Origin: Cyanidioschyzon merolae | Lineage: Eukaryota | Reading direction: 5' to 3' (one strand) | DNA length: 64,000 nt | Assembly (NCBI GenBank): GCA_000091205.1 | Contig: AP006500.2 | Part shown: one piece after another, positions 10,200 to 22,500 of the stretch | Layout of the letters: each line of letters begins with the position of its first letter | Position numbering within the stretch: the first letter of the stretch is position 1 | Notes under the pieces: model-generated | Database searches by the model: none | The model's input: the letters and a program-made list of their open reading frames with translations, nothing else | What the model was told of the DNA's origin: nothing | Program-made: the position numbers and the translations under genes

Positions 10200-12119
10200 A
10201 CTGCGTTACGGACGAGTTGCTCAGATTTGGCCACAACATAGGGAAACGGAGCGATAGCCTGGCATGCTCGTCCGACTCGTGGGGCCTTCCGTCTAAAAGG
10301 TAAACTTTCGACAATACCGAAATCTTTTCCCCTTTTTGACGTTTATCGTAGATGGTAAAAGGAATTTTTTATCGTTGCAAGTGAGTGGTTAGTCTCTGTC
10401 CTTTGTTCTACATAGTGCGGTCGATACGCGTACCTCCATATCTAGCAGGCATGAGATACGACGTGCATCTTGTCGCTACAGGGAATAGCGACCCTCACCG
10501 TTATCGTATTGATGGAATATACAAGTTGCATTTGCGTAACAGCCGTACCAAAATGCAAGGTTTCCATTCAGTTGTGTTTCAACCCTCAAGTCAGTGTACT
10601 CATGTGATTTTTTTCCGGTTTATATCAGAAGCGTTCAAAGTGCGTTCTTTTTCAGAAAGAAATAAGAAAGGAAAGTTGTCGAAATGGAAGTGGAGGATCC
10701 CGAAGGCCCTGGGTCACCACCTGGCAGAAAAAACGAAAAAAAGTGCCGCGCGAAGAGGAACAGGAGAATACCAAGGAGCGAACATGGACGCCCCACGTCA
10801 CAAGCTGTCTGAATCGAGAACTCGAACGCAAGGCGGAGATGGAGCTGGGTGTCGAAAAAATGAAGAGTCCGTGGAACGGAAGACTGCGCTTCTCGGGAAG
10901 CGATTCGACGCCGTTCCGTGATATGCAACATCAAGTGGCACTCTGCGACCATCGACTCCAGTGTCCGTCATGGCATTATGAGGGAGACCAGCTCCGAGTT
11001 CGATGTAAGCAACAAGGAATTCACAGGTGAAAACCGGGAGACGTACTGGAAGTATATCGTAGACTTGAAACGTCTCGAAACGGGCAAGAAAAGGCATCCA
11101 CGGAGACGATCGAAACCGATGGTGTAGCCATGTGTGTACGCTATCGGCGGTCGAAGGCAGATCGTCCTGGTCCGCCTTCGATATCGCCCTCGGGGAAGCA
11201 TGAAGAAAAGGAAATGGCAGATCCTAGGATGCAGGAGGTGCAGGAGAGCGACTTTGTTGTTGGCGCGGACCCTGGGGCTACGAACATCGTAACCATCGCA
11301 GTACCCAAGCGTGCGGAAAATGGCATTCGCGGCAACTTGCATCAGAAAGATATGCGTATTTTGAGGTTCTCGAGAGCGAGATACTATCGAGAATCGGGAA
11401 TCATGAATACGAGGAAGAAAATCGAGACATGGAATGCAGGAATGAATGAGCACCAGGAAGCTATGAGCCAGGTGACGAGCCGAGGAGCGGACTGTCGAGC
11501 TTTTCGGGAGTTCATGGAAGTTCGTGTTGCCCATTGGGATGCGCTGTGGGAGGAGTATACCAAGCCCCGGTGGGCTCGTTTGCGTATGAATCTATACGGT
11601 GGGAAGCAGCGGGCCTTTACGAATTCTTTCAATCAGTTGAGTGCCCTGAAGGAGGATGAGAGTCAGGGGCTCGTAGTAGCGTACGGGGCAGGGCGATGGA
11701 AGACCCAAAAAGGGACTACGCCAGCTCCAACGACGAGAACGTGTAAGGAGTGCGCACGGCGTTTTGTTACAATACCGATAGATGAGTTCCGAACGTCCTA
11801 TACACACCATGAGCTGGGGTGTACGCTTCAGAGAGTGGAGATGGAAAAGCGCCAAAGGAGTCCTGAGGAAATCGCAAAGTACGGACCGCTGACGGAGGAG
11901 CAAATGGAAAGGAGAGCGAAAGTTCGAGGATTGCTTGCATTAGTAAGTACAACCAACGATGGCAAGAAACGTATGGAGTTTGTGAACCGAGAATTCAATG
12001 CCGCTATGAATATCAGGAGATGTGCGCTGTTGGAGAATAGACCTCCGGAGTCGACAAGAGGGAACTTGTTGGACAACCTCTCAAAGTGGAACTATATGAG
12101 AAAAAATTGGAAGAAGTAG
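10200..12119 (+). mobile_element. AT-richer island carrying a TnpB/Fanzor-like (OrfB_Zn_ribbon, RuvC-fold) transposon-associated nuclease gene; upstream part fragmented across three reading frames (introns or decay)
   Basis: Composition drops visibly (about 48-50% GC against about 60% in flanks) from about 10.2 to 12.1 kb. Adjacent ORFs in three + frames (10385-10921, 10743-11030, 10918-11127) precede the main ORF 11130-12119. The main ORF carries the RuvC-I GxDxG motif ([12 protein letters not shown]), a zinc ribbon (TCKEC...HHELGC) and a RuvC-III-like NAAxNI motif ([13 protein letters not shown]). Confidence 0.5.
11130..12119 (+). CDS. TnpB/Fanzor-like RuvC nuclease homolog (C-terminal RuvC-I, Zn-ribbon and RuvC-III segment); the canonical catalytic Asp of RuvC-III is replaced (DRDxNAAxNI becomes [10 protein letters not shown]), so it is possibly inactive or domesticated
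   Basis: ATG at 11130. Motifs [67 protein letters not shown]. Basic C-terminal tail. The stop TAG at 12117-12119 is followed in the same frame by a 457-codon ORF. Confidence 0.45.
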   Translation: MCVRYRRSKADRPGPPSISPSGKHEEKEMADPRMQEVQESDFVVGADPGATNIVTIAVPKRAENGIRGNLHQKDMRILRFSRARYYRESGIMNTRKKIETWNAGMNEHQEAMSQVTSRGADCRAFREFMEVRVAHWDALWEEYTKPRWARLRMNLYGGKQRAFTNSFNQLSALKEDESQGLVVAYGAGRWKTQKGTTPAPTTRTCKECARRFVTIPIDEFRTSYTHHELGCTLQRVEMEKRQRSPEEIAKYGPLTEEQMERRAKVRGLLALVSTTNDGKKRMEFVNREFNAAMNIRRCALLENRPPESTRGNLLDNLSKWNYMRKNWKK

Positions 12120-13493
12120 TTGGTGGCCCGTCGAGAAAGACGGGGAGGCGTCCGCACACCAGTTGGCGACGCTATATCTAACACGCGTTCGCCGCCACTA
12201 CTGTACACCGCTGGCGACTGCTTGCGACCTTTGAAAAGCTTTCGGTCGACACGAAACACCCCTAAAAGGCGATACCGTACATCCCTAAGCAACTCGATAA
12301 AAGATTTGCAACCTCCCAGCGCACGCATGCTTCGGTACAGCTTCATTAACGCCGTCTGGCCGTCCAAGTCATGCGGCAGGGTCCACGTTGAGCGCCATCG
12401 AAAGCAGAAGACACAGTCTGTACAAACTGCACAGCGCTGGAAACTGCGGGCGAACTTGAACCGGCGAGGTCCAGACTCAGCGACCTGGGATCGGCAGGGC
12501 GGTGGCCAGGCGGAGCGCCTGCTTATGGAGCAGGTACTGCAACTGAGGCGAGAGTTAGATGCCTTGCGAGCGGAGAATGAGAGTTTGCGTAAATATCGTG
12601 TCAACGAGCACCTGCTCGTGGATGCCGACGACTCTGTCACAACCGAGGACGGACGGACGCGTTGCGGCAAGCACGGGGAGCGCTCGCGCTATTTACCGGT
12701 CTATTCAGTCGCCCCTGAAGAGGTTCTAAGCCGCGTCATCCCCGTCATTGGACCTAACCCAACGATCGAGCAACTCGACGCAGCAATCACGCTGTCGTTC
12801 CAAGTACGCGATGAGCTGGTGAACCGACGTGGGCTCGAGCGTTACGAGGATGTCATGGCTGGTCGATTCCTCGTGTTCCAGACCAGTGAACTACCTGTCA
12901 AGGGGGTCCAGAGAGTCGCCCTTCCTGGTACGGTAGGATCGATGCGCTGGGCGTCGGCACCAGTTGGTATCCTGATGCCTGCCTCCGAGCTGGGACTGGA
13001 GTCCTTCTACCCGAACGCTCCGACGGATGTCAACTGTCTTGTCATTATCGAGGCTGATTTCGATTCAGAGATCCCCGCGGATACCCTGGCATCACCTGAC
13101 ATCATTCGCGACATCCGAGACGGTACCAAAGACGTGCTCGACCGTATCGAAAACGTTTGGTTCGACGAGCAAGGCCGCGCGTCTCGCGATGCCGGCTTTC
13201 CGAGCTCGCTCACTGAAGAGACAGAAACCGACGAGGACGAGCAACCAGACGAAAACGGTGACGGACCGGAATTCAGTCCGGGGAAATTTTACCTCTGGCT
13301 GGAGGAGAGGCCTCCGCAGGGCGTCGAGTCCGGCGAGGAGCCAGCCCACAGGTGGCACGTTCGCTGGTATGAGCGTCGTCCAGACCCCGCGGTTGACGGT
13401 GTGGAATGCGTTGGCCGCGTGATTACCGTGATAGCACCGAGCGCTTCAAGGCGTCGCACCAAGACGTTTGCCGAAGAGGACGATGTGTTCTAA
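12120..13493 (+). CDS. Hypothetical protein (coiled-coil segment LMEQVLQLRRELDALRAENESLRKY, acidic DE-rich C-terminal region). It is in the same frame as the upstream TnpB-like ORF; the first in-frame ATG is at 12327
   Basis: A 1374-nt stop-free frame at about 60% GC is far longer than chance allows. No recognisable domain. The track start is a TTG; ATG at 12327 (SARMLRYSF). Confidence 0.4.
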   Translation: MVARRERRGGVRTPVGDAISNTRSPPLLYTAGDCLRPLKSFRSTRNTPKRRYRTSLSNSIKDLQPPSARMLRYSFINAVWPSKSCGRVHVERHRKQKTQSVQTAQRWKLRANLNRRGPDSATWDRQGGGQAERLLMEQVLQLRRELDALRAENESLRKYRVNEHLLVDADDSVTTEDGRTRCGKHGERSRYLPVYSVAPEEVLSRVIPVIGPNPTIEQLDAAITLSFQVRDELVNRRGLERYEDVMAGRFLVFQTSELPVKGVQRVALPGTVGSMRWASAPVGILMPASELGLESFYPNAPTDVNCLVIIEADFDSEIPADTLASPDIIRDIRDGTKDVLDRIENVWFDEQGRASRDAGFPSSLTEETETDEDEQPDENGDGPEFSPGKFYLWLEERPPQGVESGEEPAHRWHVRWYERRPDPAVDGVECVGRVITVIAPSASRRRTKTFAEEDDVF

Positions 13494-16400
13494 GATGACG
13501 CCGTCAACGCAACAGGGATGCATCGTACTTGAGGGTCCCCGTATACAGCACTGAGCGAGGGCGAGCTACAGATCCGAACAATGCATTCACGCGAAGTCCA
13601 GTTTGGACCGCACAGCATGCAATATATCATCGTTCATGTACGCGTTATGCCGCTGCATCCGATTCTTTTGGTGACGGGCAGATCGAGCGCGTGAACGTCT
13701 GCATCTGCCCGATAAAATGGACGCTGTTGCGCGCAAAACGCATGCTGTTTCGGGATCATATGTCAAGGAGGCATAAGACCGGCTGAACGCGAGGGCACCT
13801 CTGACAGCGAGCGCAAAGCGCAGAGCACCGCCCGGTACTCGACATCAGTGGAGAGCAGGGCTTGTTTTGGGCGGCAACGAGTCCTCGTTGCCGATAGGCT
13901 GCTGCATTTCAGCAGCGCACTGTCATGCAAAGATAACGAGATAGAGAGTGCGTGCATCACGACACGAGCACGTGTTGAAGTTTGCCTCTAGAGCGATCGA
14001 GGAAATAGCAGGAGTGTCGTACATCGCTCGAGTAATGGCGAAAAATGAATGGTTTGTACTCGGAGCAGTGAGGTTTGAAACAGTCGCGTCAGCGAACGCT
14101 TTTTGTTTTGTTTTCTTTTTGTTTTTCTCACGAGTATAAAACAAATAAAAAATATGTTTTAGATTGGAGCAAGGCTGCGAAAAGGCGTGAGTCTAGTCTC
14201 AGTAGAGTACGGAATAGCGTTATCCTCGCCCAAGTAACGTATTCTTGGGTCAGCAGGTGGATGAATCACCCTTCTCGCGACACTTGTCCTGAACGTCATG
14301 TACCCAAAAGCAGAACTTGTGCAACACTGTCCACGCGACTGTGCGTGTTCGTAAATCCATTCCAGTCCATACGCTGTTCAGGAAATACGATCAAAAAAGC
14401 AGCAGAATGCAAAACTTTCGTACCACGGGTACGAACGTTGATGAAGCGACACAGATGGACACAGGGAAAAGAGCACCCCGCTACGGTAGCCCGTCGAAAG
14501 CGGAACAACACACGATCCATGTCGTCCTCGAACGCGAACACAGCGTCCAGGAGCGATGCGTATTTGTCTCTTTGGAAGCGACTTGAATGAAATGGAGGAC
14601 CTGTATGTAGGTATGCGAAACTTGACAACTCACTGATCGTATCCAAGGGAATCGTGAGCAATTCGACGACATTCACTGTAGCTGCGATGCAAACACGTGG
14701 TAGTCTACAAATCGCCACACGAGCAACTTCGATCAACGCCTCATTCTTTTTCAAGGCAAGCTTCATGGCTTCTCTTCGCCGGATTCTCAAGCCCTGCTCT
14801 TAGACAACGCCGCTTTGCATCGCTCACAAGCTGACAAAAAATACGCTCTTCTTCATGCCAGCCTGTGTTTCGTGAATAAATTCAGACGAAGACTTTTTTT
14901 CAGTGTTGTGCAACGCCATCTCTACGCAAACGGAGCAGCAGATGATTGATTCACATCCGCGACACCGTTCTTTGAAGAATCCTTCGACCATACATGGTTG
15001 TCTGCAATATATACCAGTTCCGTTTTGTTCTGCTGGTCATCTTGACGCGCACCGGAGCGAGAGAAAAGTCCGACTTCGGTCAATGGGCGTGCTGGAGAAA
15101 GAGACGATGACGAAAAGGTGCCTGAGCAATGGTATATGTACATTTAGAAAAGGTGCGATTCGGTGCCACCGTCCACCCGGTCCGTCTGAGACCGCCAAAA
15201 GTAATAATATGGAGTAGAGTGTCCCCAGCGATGCCATCCCGCCAAGCGGGGGCGTTGGCGAAAATGGATCCCGTCTGTGCGAGTACCCATCAAGTATTCG
15301 ATCTACATTGCCATGCGCATTGACGAGGCTCGTTCAAGGTTTCTCGTTCACAGGAAGGAAATGAATACAAGTTGATAAGGACTTGTGCGCGATGCTCATC
15401 GATGCGTTCAGGACCACGTGCTCAACTCATGGGCATGGACGAACGCTGAAACTGGTAGAGAAGAAGCGAACAAAAGAGACCCGAATGCACGACGCGGGGG
15501 TTTGTACGGTACGATGACGGAACGTCAGATGGCAAGGCAATCCATCGCAAGCGGCTCGCGATACGGTCTGATCCCAACAGCCGCCCTGCGTCCGCGTACT
15601 TTCTATACTGAAACTTGAACGCTTCGATTCATACTCGGGAAAGTGTCGTGAATCTGGAGCAGTCAGCGAGTTTTGCGTCATGCGACCTTTGGGGTGAATC
15701 ACGTCGTGGTCATTGTCGAGAACGTACTGAAATACTGAACACTTGCATAGAAAGAAATGTCCGTCTCCAGGAGCGCGCAAGCCGCGGGTCGTCCCCGACA
15801 TCAACGCACTGGAATGGTGCGGTCCGCGATCCAGCACTCTTGATGCACCGTGTATACAAACCAGAAACAATTTTCTTGATGTTTATCAACACACGCAACA
15901 CACGCACCAGCAACCTTGCGGCTCTGTGCACCAGACAATAGACTTGCAGCTTAACAGACCTGCTTCCATGAGTTTATCGAATACGTGCGTCGCCAGCAAC
16001 CCTGCGGCTGCGTGCACCAGACAAGAAACTCCCGACCAAACAGCCCGTCTTCCATAAGCATATAGAATACACGCTTCACGAGCCTCGAAAAGCGTACCGT
16101 TGCGACTCCTTCGCGTGGAAACGCTCGAGCACACACCCGCCGCCTCTGTGGCTTCAGGATACGCGCCGCGCGCTGCCGTTGCCCAGCGCAGCAGCTGCTG
16201 CAACGGAAACGTCAGCGTCTCTCCTCGCCGTTGCCCAGCGCTGCAGCTGCAACGGGTACCGGTTCCACGAGTTTCGTGAATTGACGCTCCAGCCGTCGGG
16301 GTGTAAGGGACACCTATCGACGGCACGCATCGTAAGGCGTTGTGTGCTTCTCCTCAGGTGCTCCGAGAACGCACTCACAAAAGGCGAGCGTCACACTGAG

Positions 16401-16579
16401 CTGCACACGCGCTACGGTGCCGTACACGGCCACTGAGCAGCTCTCGCCCAACAAGACTTGCTGAGGCCCTGAACGACGCATCGTTGTGTACGCGAACAGC
16501 TGTTACCGGCGAGTACAGTCTCTGCGGGGAGGCGCTTCCGAAGAGCCCAAGTTGATGCGCACACGCTCCGTCAAGCAAC

Positions 16580-19500
16580 ATGTCGACGACCTCGTCTTCG
16601 TCAACGGGAGCTGTTTCGGCATCACGTGCTGTAGCGTCGCCGCTCATGAACGGCAAGTCTGGACTTGCTGATGCAGCTCCGGTGCTAACAGCGTCTCGCT
16701 CTACACCACCACCACCACCACCAGCAGCAGCAGCACCAGGCACGAGCACGCGAGCACGAGCAGCGTCGCAGGGTGCGCACGCATCAGAGCGCTGGGGTGC
16801 TGCGAATATGACCAGCTTGCCCGCTCTGGCGTCAGGCTCGTCACAACTTCTCGCTGGCTCGACACACGCGCTCGTAGCGCTTCACGATGCCTCCATTGAA
16901 CGCGCGCTTCGGCGCCTGGAACGCGCGACGGGCTCAGAGAGGCGCTACGAGGCAGCACAACGGCTCCGCATGCTCTATGAACGCAAGTTTCAGACCATGA
17001 AACAGCCTGAGGCCATAAGTGTGCTCAGTGACGCCTTGGCATATCGTTTGCAGGCTATGATCAGCTCGGGGAGTCAGCGGGATCGACTAGCAGGCCTGAC
17101 TGGCCTCAGCGCGCTCATCGAGACGCGCGGCGAGGCGTACCGCACCAAAGTCCAACGAACCTACAACGGCTTGCGTCCTATCCTGAGACGTCCTCCAGAC
17201 TGGGAGGCTGCTCGCGCTGCCGCTGATATGCTGGGCCGGCTCAGTCGACTCGGCGGGGTTCTCGTGAATCGTTTTGTCGAAGCGGAGGCCGTTCGTGCAC
17301 TCGAGTACCTGAATACCAATAGCGTGCTTCTGAAGGGAATGGCAATCATGGTGCTCAATGCTTTATGTGAGCACGTTCCCGCATCCATGTATACCTCGAG
17401 AGTTCAGCTGGCGCAGGTGGTGTGGCGAGGCCTCACCGACAGTCGACCGATTCTTCGCCTGGAGAGTGCCAGCTTGCTGCGCTCCTTCCTCGCCCTACTG
17501 GAACAGCGCGCATCCGATGATAGCGCCCGCACCTGTCAGATGATCATTCAGCGTTGCCTTGAGATGTTGATCTCCGATGAACGAGAAACAACCCCACCAG
17601 AAACGCACGGCAGTTTGTTGGCGCTCCACGAACTCGTGCGGAACCGCTTCTCGGCAACGTTCCTAGACGAGCATATCAGTCGAATACGGAAGCGTCTCGA
17701 GAGCTTACGTCTGACTCGCGATAACCTCATCCGAGCGGCGATTCTCCAGCTGCTTCCAGACTTGGTGCGCCTGGATCGAACACTCATCGAACTCGGCATG
17801 AGCATGGCGCTCGAGAACGAGGACCTGGTTGCCCTGGGGAAACTGGCGGTAGCAGTGGGTCCTACCGCTGCGCTCCCTTGGATGGAGCACATCTTTGTGG
17901 TACTGCGTAATAGCGAGGTCGCAGCGGCAGCGAAACACGAATGCATCGCGCTGTTGGCCCCGATCATCGTGGAAAGCGAACAGAGCGAGCGTCTCGCTGA
18001 GCTCCTGGAAGACTCCATCCTAACGCAGGGTCTGAGTCCCTCGCTAGTCGAAGCCCTGGAACGCGTTTGTGAGCATGTTCCGAGTCTGCGAGACCTGGTT
18101 CACGGGCATGTGCTGCGCCTGTGTGCGGAAACGACGGATATCGCGTGCGCGCTGCAGGCATTGCAACGTTTCACCTTCGGGCGTCGACCCTGTTTGGACG
18201 ACTACGTCCGCCAGCATGTCCTGCCCTACATCTACGGCAAACGCAGCCTCAGATCAGCAGCCTTCGCTGCCTCGCTGCACGTCTTGACTGCAGCCGTCCA
18301 GTCAGCGACTCCAGGGCGGCCGCTTCAACCGAAAATCTTCGAGACGCTACAACAACTGATTGTGGTGGTTGTTGCTGACCCCGACAGCCGCATACGCGCA
18401 GAGGTACTGCTGCACTTGGCCAAGCCGGCGTACTTTCCAGTCTTTGAACGCTACCTTGCGCAACCGGAACTCTTGCGAGCGCTCTGCTTGGCACTTCACG
18501 ATGAGGATGCCACAGTACGCGAGCGAGCACTGAGCCTCGTCGGCCGACTCTCCACGGTGAATCCAGCGCATACGTTGCCCTCTCTCCGTCGCCTCTTCAT
18601 GAATCTACGCATCATTCTCGAATGTGAAAGCGAACCGCTGCAGGGATCCCAGGAGGATGCACTCCGCCTTTTGCTCCGCCTCGTCCAGGATGCACCGCAG
18701 CTGATCGAACCCTACACACCCACAACAGCCAAACTACTGGTGCAACGGCTCCAGCAAAACTCGACTAGTGCAGTTGCCGTCGACACTTCAGTGATACACA
18801 CACTCCACAGCATCGCATGCTTGGCAGAGCGTGGCGTTGCAGCAGAACTCCAAACGCTCCTGCATGATGCCATGCCGCACCTGCTGCGCATCCTGCAACA
18901 CACCTCGGTAGAGGCGGACCTTCGGGAGGCAGTTTGTCGGGCGCTTTCGAGTCTAGCGCGAGCTGCAGGTGCAACCACGGAGCTCTACACCCAATACCCC
19001 AGTTTGCTGTCGACGCTGCTGCGCATGCTGCGAACCGAAACCAACTTGTTCGTGCGTCTGGAGATAGAGCGAACGCTGGGGACGCTCGGAGCGGTGGACC
19101 CCGACCGTACCGCACCGCTACTGCTCGACCGGACGCGGTATCCGTATACACGACTCGAGTCGCTCACGGAGGTGTATCACCAGCAGACCGCTCCAATGCA
19201 TTACGCGCCACGCCCAACCGCTACCGGAACTGGAGCTACGAATGCGTTTACAACGGATACGCGCTGCGGACTCGTGGCCGAGGAGCCGGCCTTGCCAGGC
19301 ACTGCTGCTGCTGCTGCTGCTGCAACGACGACGACGACAACGACGACACTTACTGGACAAGCACTGCGTGCCCAGTTGCGCTTTGAAGCGCCGAACGAGC
19401 TCGAGACGCTGGTAGGTCGACTCCCGCACCCGTTCACGGCAAACGAAGAGTACTTTCCCTCGGCAGCACTGGATGCCTTGCATCGCATCCTCGCGAATGC

Positions 19501-22500
19501 CAAACTGACGACACTTCACTACGACACTGTCGGTGCGATTGTGAACATCATGAGCAGTCTCGGGATGAAGTGTGCACCTTTTCTATCCGTGGTGGTGCCG
19601 CGCCTGCTCTGGATGCTACGGCCGCGAACCGAGGATACGCATGACTTGGCGTTCCGCGAGTACGTCATCCGAGGCCTGGCTAGTGTCGTGCTCTCTGCCC
19701 GCCAATACATACGCCCGTACGCAGCTTCGCTGGTGGCGCTCATTCTCGAGTACTGGCCGCTGCAAGTCCTGCATCGCTCGATGTTCGCCCTAATGGAATG
19801 CCTCCGCGTAGCGCTCCATGATGAATTCCGACCCTTTGTGCCGGTTTTGCTGCCGCTCATCCTGCCCTGGATGTCGTTGCGGGTGCTCAAGGTGCTCTTG
19901 GTGTTCGGCACCCACACCAGTGAGTACGTGGTGCTTGTTTTACCGCCCGTGATGCGTTTCCTGGAGGATGCCACCCGTCCGCTTGCGGCTCGCATTGAGG
20001 TTCTCAAGCGCTTGCCGCGACTCTTCGCCATGCTCGATCTATCGGATATGGCGAGCCAGCTGATGCACCCGCTGTGTCGGATGCTGCGCACCAGTGAATT
20101 CCAGTGGCACGCTCGGCAACTGCTCGAGTCGCTGCTCCCTCGTCTGGGATTAGACGCGGCCTACTACACGTTGCTGGTCCGTGAAATGCTCCTTGGAGAT
20201 GCAGCATCGGCATCAGCAGCAGCAACCGGCAATGACGACGAAGACGATGACGGCAACGACGACGAAGACGATGACCAGCACCCAACGGATGAAGCCAGTG
20301 CTCGTGGTGCAGCGGCATCGACCGAGTCTGCCTCGACACAGGCCGGTGCTGCCCTGCAGTCGAGCAGTGCGAGTGCACTTCACCGCCTCGCACGCTATCG
20401 CCATGAACGCACGGCGCTGAGTCGCTCCGAGTCGCTTGACTCGTTGAATGGTGTACCGCGTACCACGTCACTGGGTTCACTCGCTGACCTAGCCTCTGGG
20501 GATGCGTTGCTGGCTCACAGTCCCGACTCGTTGCTCGACAGCACACACGTATCGCTGGTTGCGTCAGCGTCGATGTTGGATTTGCAGCAGCAGCTACAGC
20601 AACAGCAACAGCAACAGGCGCTCCTGGGAAGCGGTGCCAGCAACACCACCACCACCAACACCAACAACAACAACAACAGCGGCCACAATAGCGCCCGTCG
20701 TCACCACGTCAATGAGAAGATGCTCCAAAAGGCGTGGCAAGTCGGTCGACGCACCACCCGCGACGACTGGAACGACTGGATGATGGCGCTTGCGTCGGCG
20801 CTTTTCCGGGAGAGCGGCTCACCGTCGCTGCGCTCATGTGCGCGACTCGCTGAGGTGCACCCGCCACTCGCTCGTGAACTCTTCAACGCTGCCTTTCTGA
20901 GCTGCTGGACGGAACTCTCGGATCCGTGTCGTGCGTCACTGGTGCGCAACCTGGTACTTGCGCTCTCCAGCGAGTCCATACCACTGGACGTGCTGCAGGT
21001 GCTCCTGAGCCTCGTCGAGTTCATGGAACATGACGAGAAGCCCTTACCCATTGACCTTCGACAACTAGCTGCCATGGCGTTCCGCTGCGGTGCCTACGCC
21101 AAAGCGCTCCGCTACAAAGAGGCCGAGTATATGCAGAACCCGGCATCAGCCATGGAAGGTGACGATAGTCTCATTGCGATCTACGAAGCGCTGGGTCAAC
21201 GGGAAGCAGCAATGGGCGCCCTGCTCGATGCCGAACGTCACCAGGTCACGATACGCCACGAGGCGTGTTACGAGCGGCTCCAGCAATGGGACCTCGCGCT
21301 CAGCGCCTACGAACGTCAGGGACCAGCGCACTCGTTTGCAAACCGGCGCGGTCGGATGCGCTGTATGGCACAACTCGGCGAACTGCACCGCATGGAGGCG
21401 CTCTGTAACGACCTCTGGTCCGAGGCAGCCGAGCAGCCGTCGCTTCGCCAGGAACTCGCTGAGGAAGCGGCTCAAGTGGCGTATCAGCTCCAGCTCTGGG
21501 ACAAGTTTACGGAACGCGTTGCGTATACGAGTCGCGACAGCATCCGCGGGAATGTGTTTCGGGCGATGCTGGCTATTCATCAGGGCGACGATGAGGCTGC
21601 TCGCGGCTATATTCGAGCGGGGCGTCGACTGCTGGATACCGGGGTCACAGCACGCGTCGGTGAAGGCTATCCCCGCGCCTATGGCGATATCCTCCTGACC
21701 CAGCAACTGGTGGAACTCGAGGAATGCCTCATGGTAAGGCAGCGTATTCTACCGCAGCGCCACGTGGTGGAACAGCTCTGGAATACGCGCTTGTACGGAT
21801 GCCGTTTCGATTATACCACGTGGCAACAGACGCTGCTCGTTCGACGGCTCCTCTTGGAACCTCGACACGACAAGGACGTGTGGTTGCGCTTTGTGAGCCT
21901 CTGTAGGCGGGCGAATCGACTCCCGATGGCCAACGAGGCACTCGCCATGCTCCAGGATGAGCAGCATCCCGATCCCGAGGTAACGTATGCTTCGCTCAAG
22001 TTGTGCTGGTCGCAGGGTCGGCATCACGAGGCCTACGAATGCCTCCGGCGTTGTGCGGAGCAGCCGGTACCCTCCGCTCGGCTCGCTGCACGTCGTTTTC
22101 TCAAGCTATGCGTCTGGGGTCGGGCGTTACGCGCAGAAGGCACCAGCACGTTCGTCTCTTCGCCTTCGTCATCGCTACGGTGGCATACGTTGATGGAGCA
22201 CGCGCGACGAGCGGTGGTATCGGATCCGTCGTGGTCATCCGGCTGGCATACCTGGGCAGCGTTGAACGCTGATGCCGCCGCAGCACACAGTACCGGGCAT
22301 CGCTTCGGGGGTGCCTGGCCTGCTCGACCGACAGCGGTAGCGGCGGCTGAGTCTAACGTGCTGGTTCGAGCGTATGTGCTCAACGCGGTGAACGGCTTCT
22401 TCCGAGCGATCGCACTAGGTGAAAGCTACGCGGAACAAGCGCAAGATGTGCTCAAGCTGTTAACGCTCTGGTTCCGCTACGGTGCGGTCCCTGAGATCGA

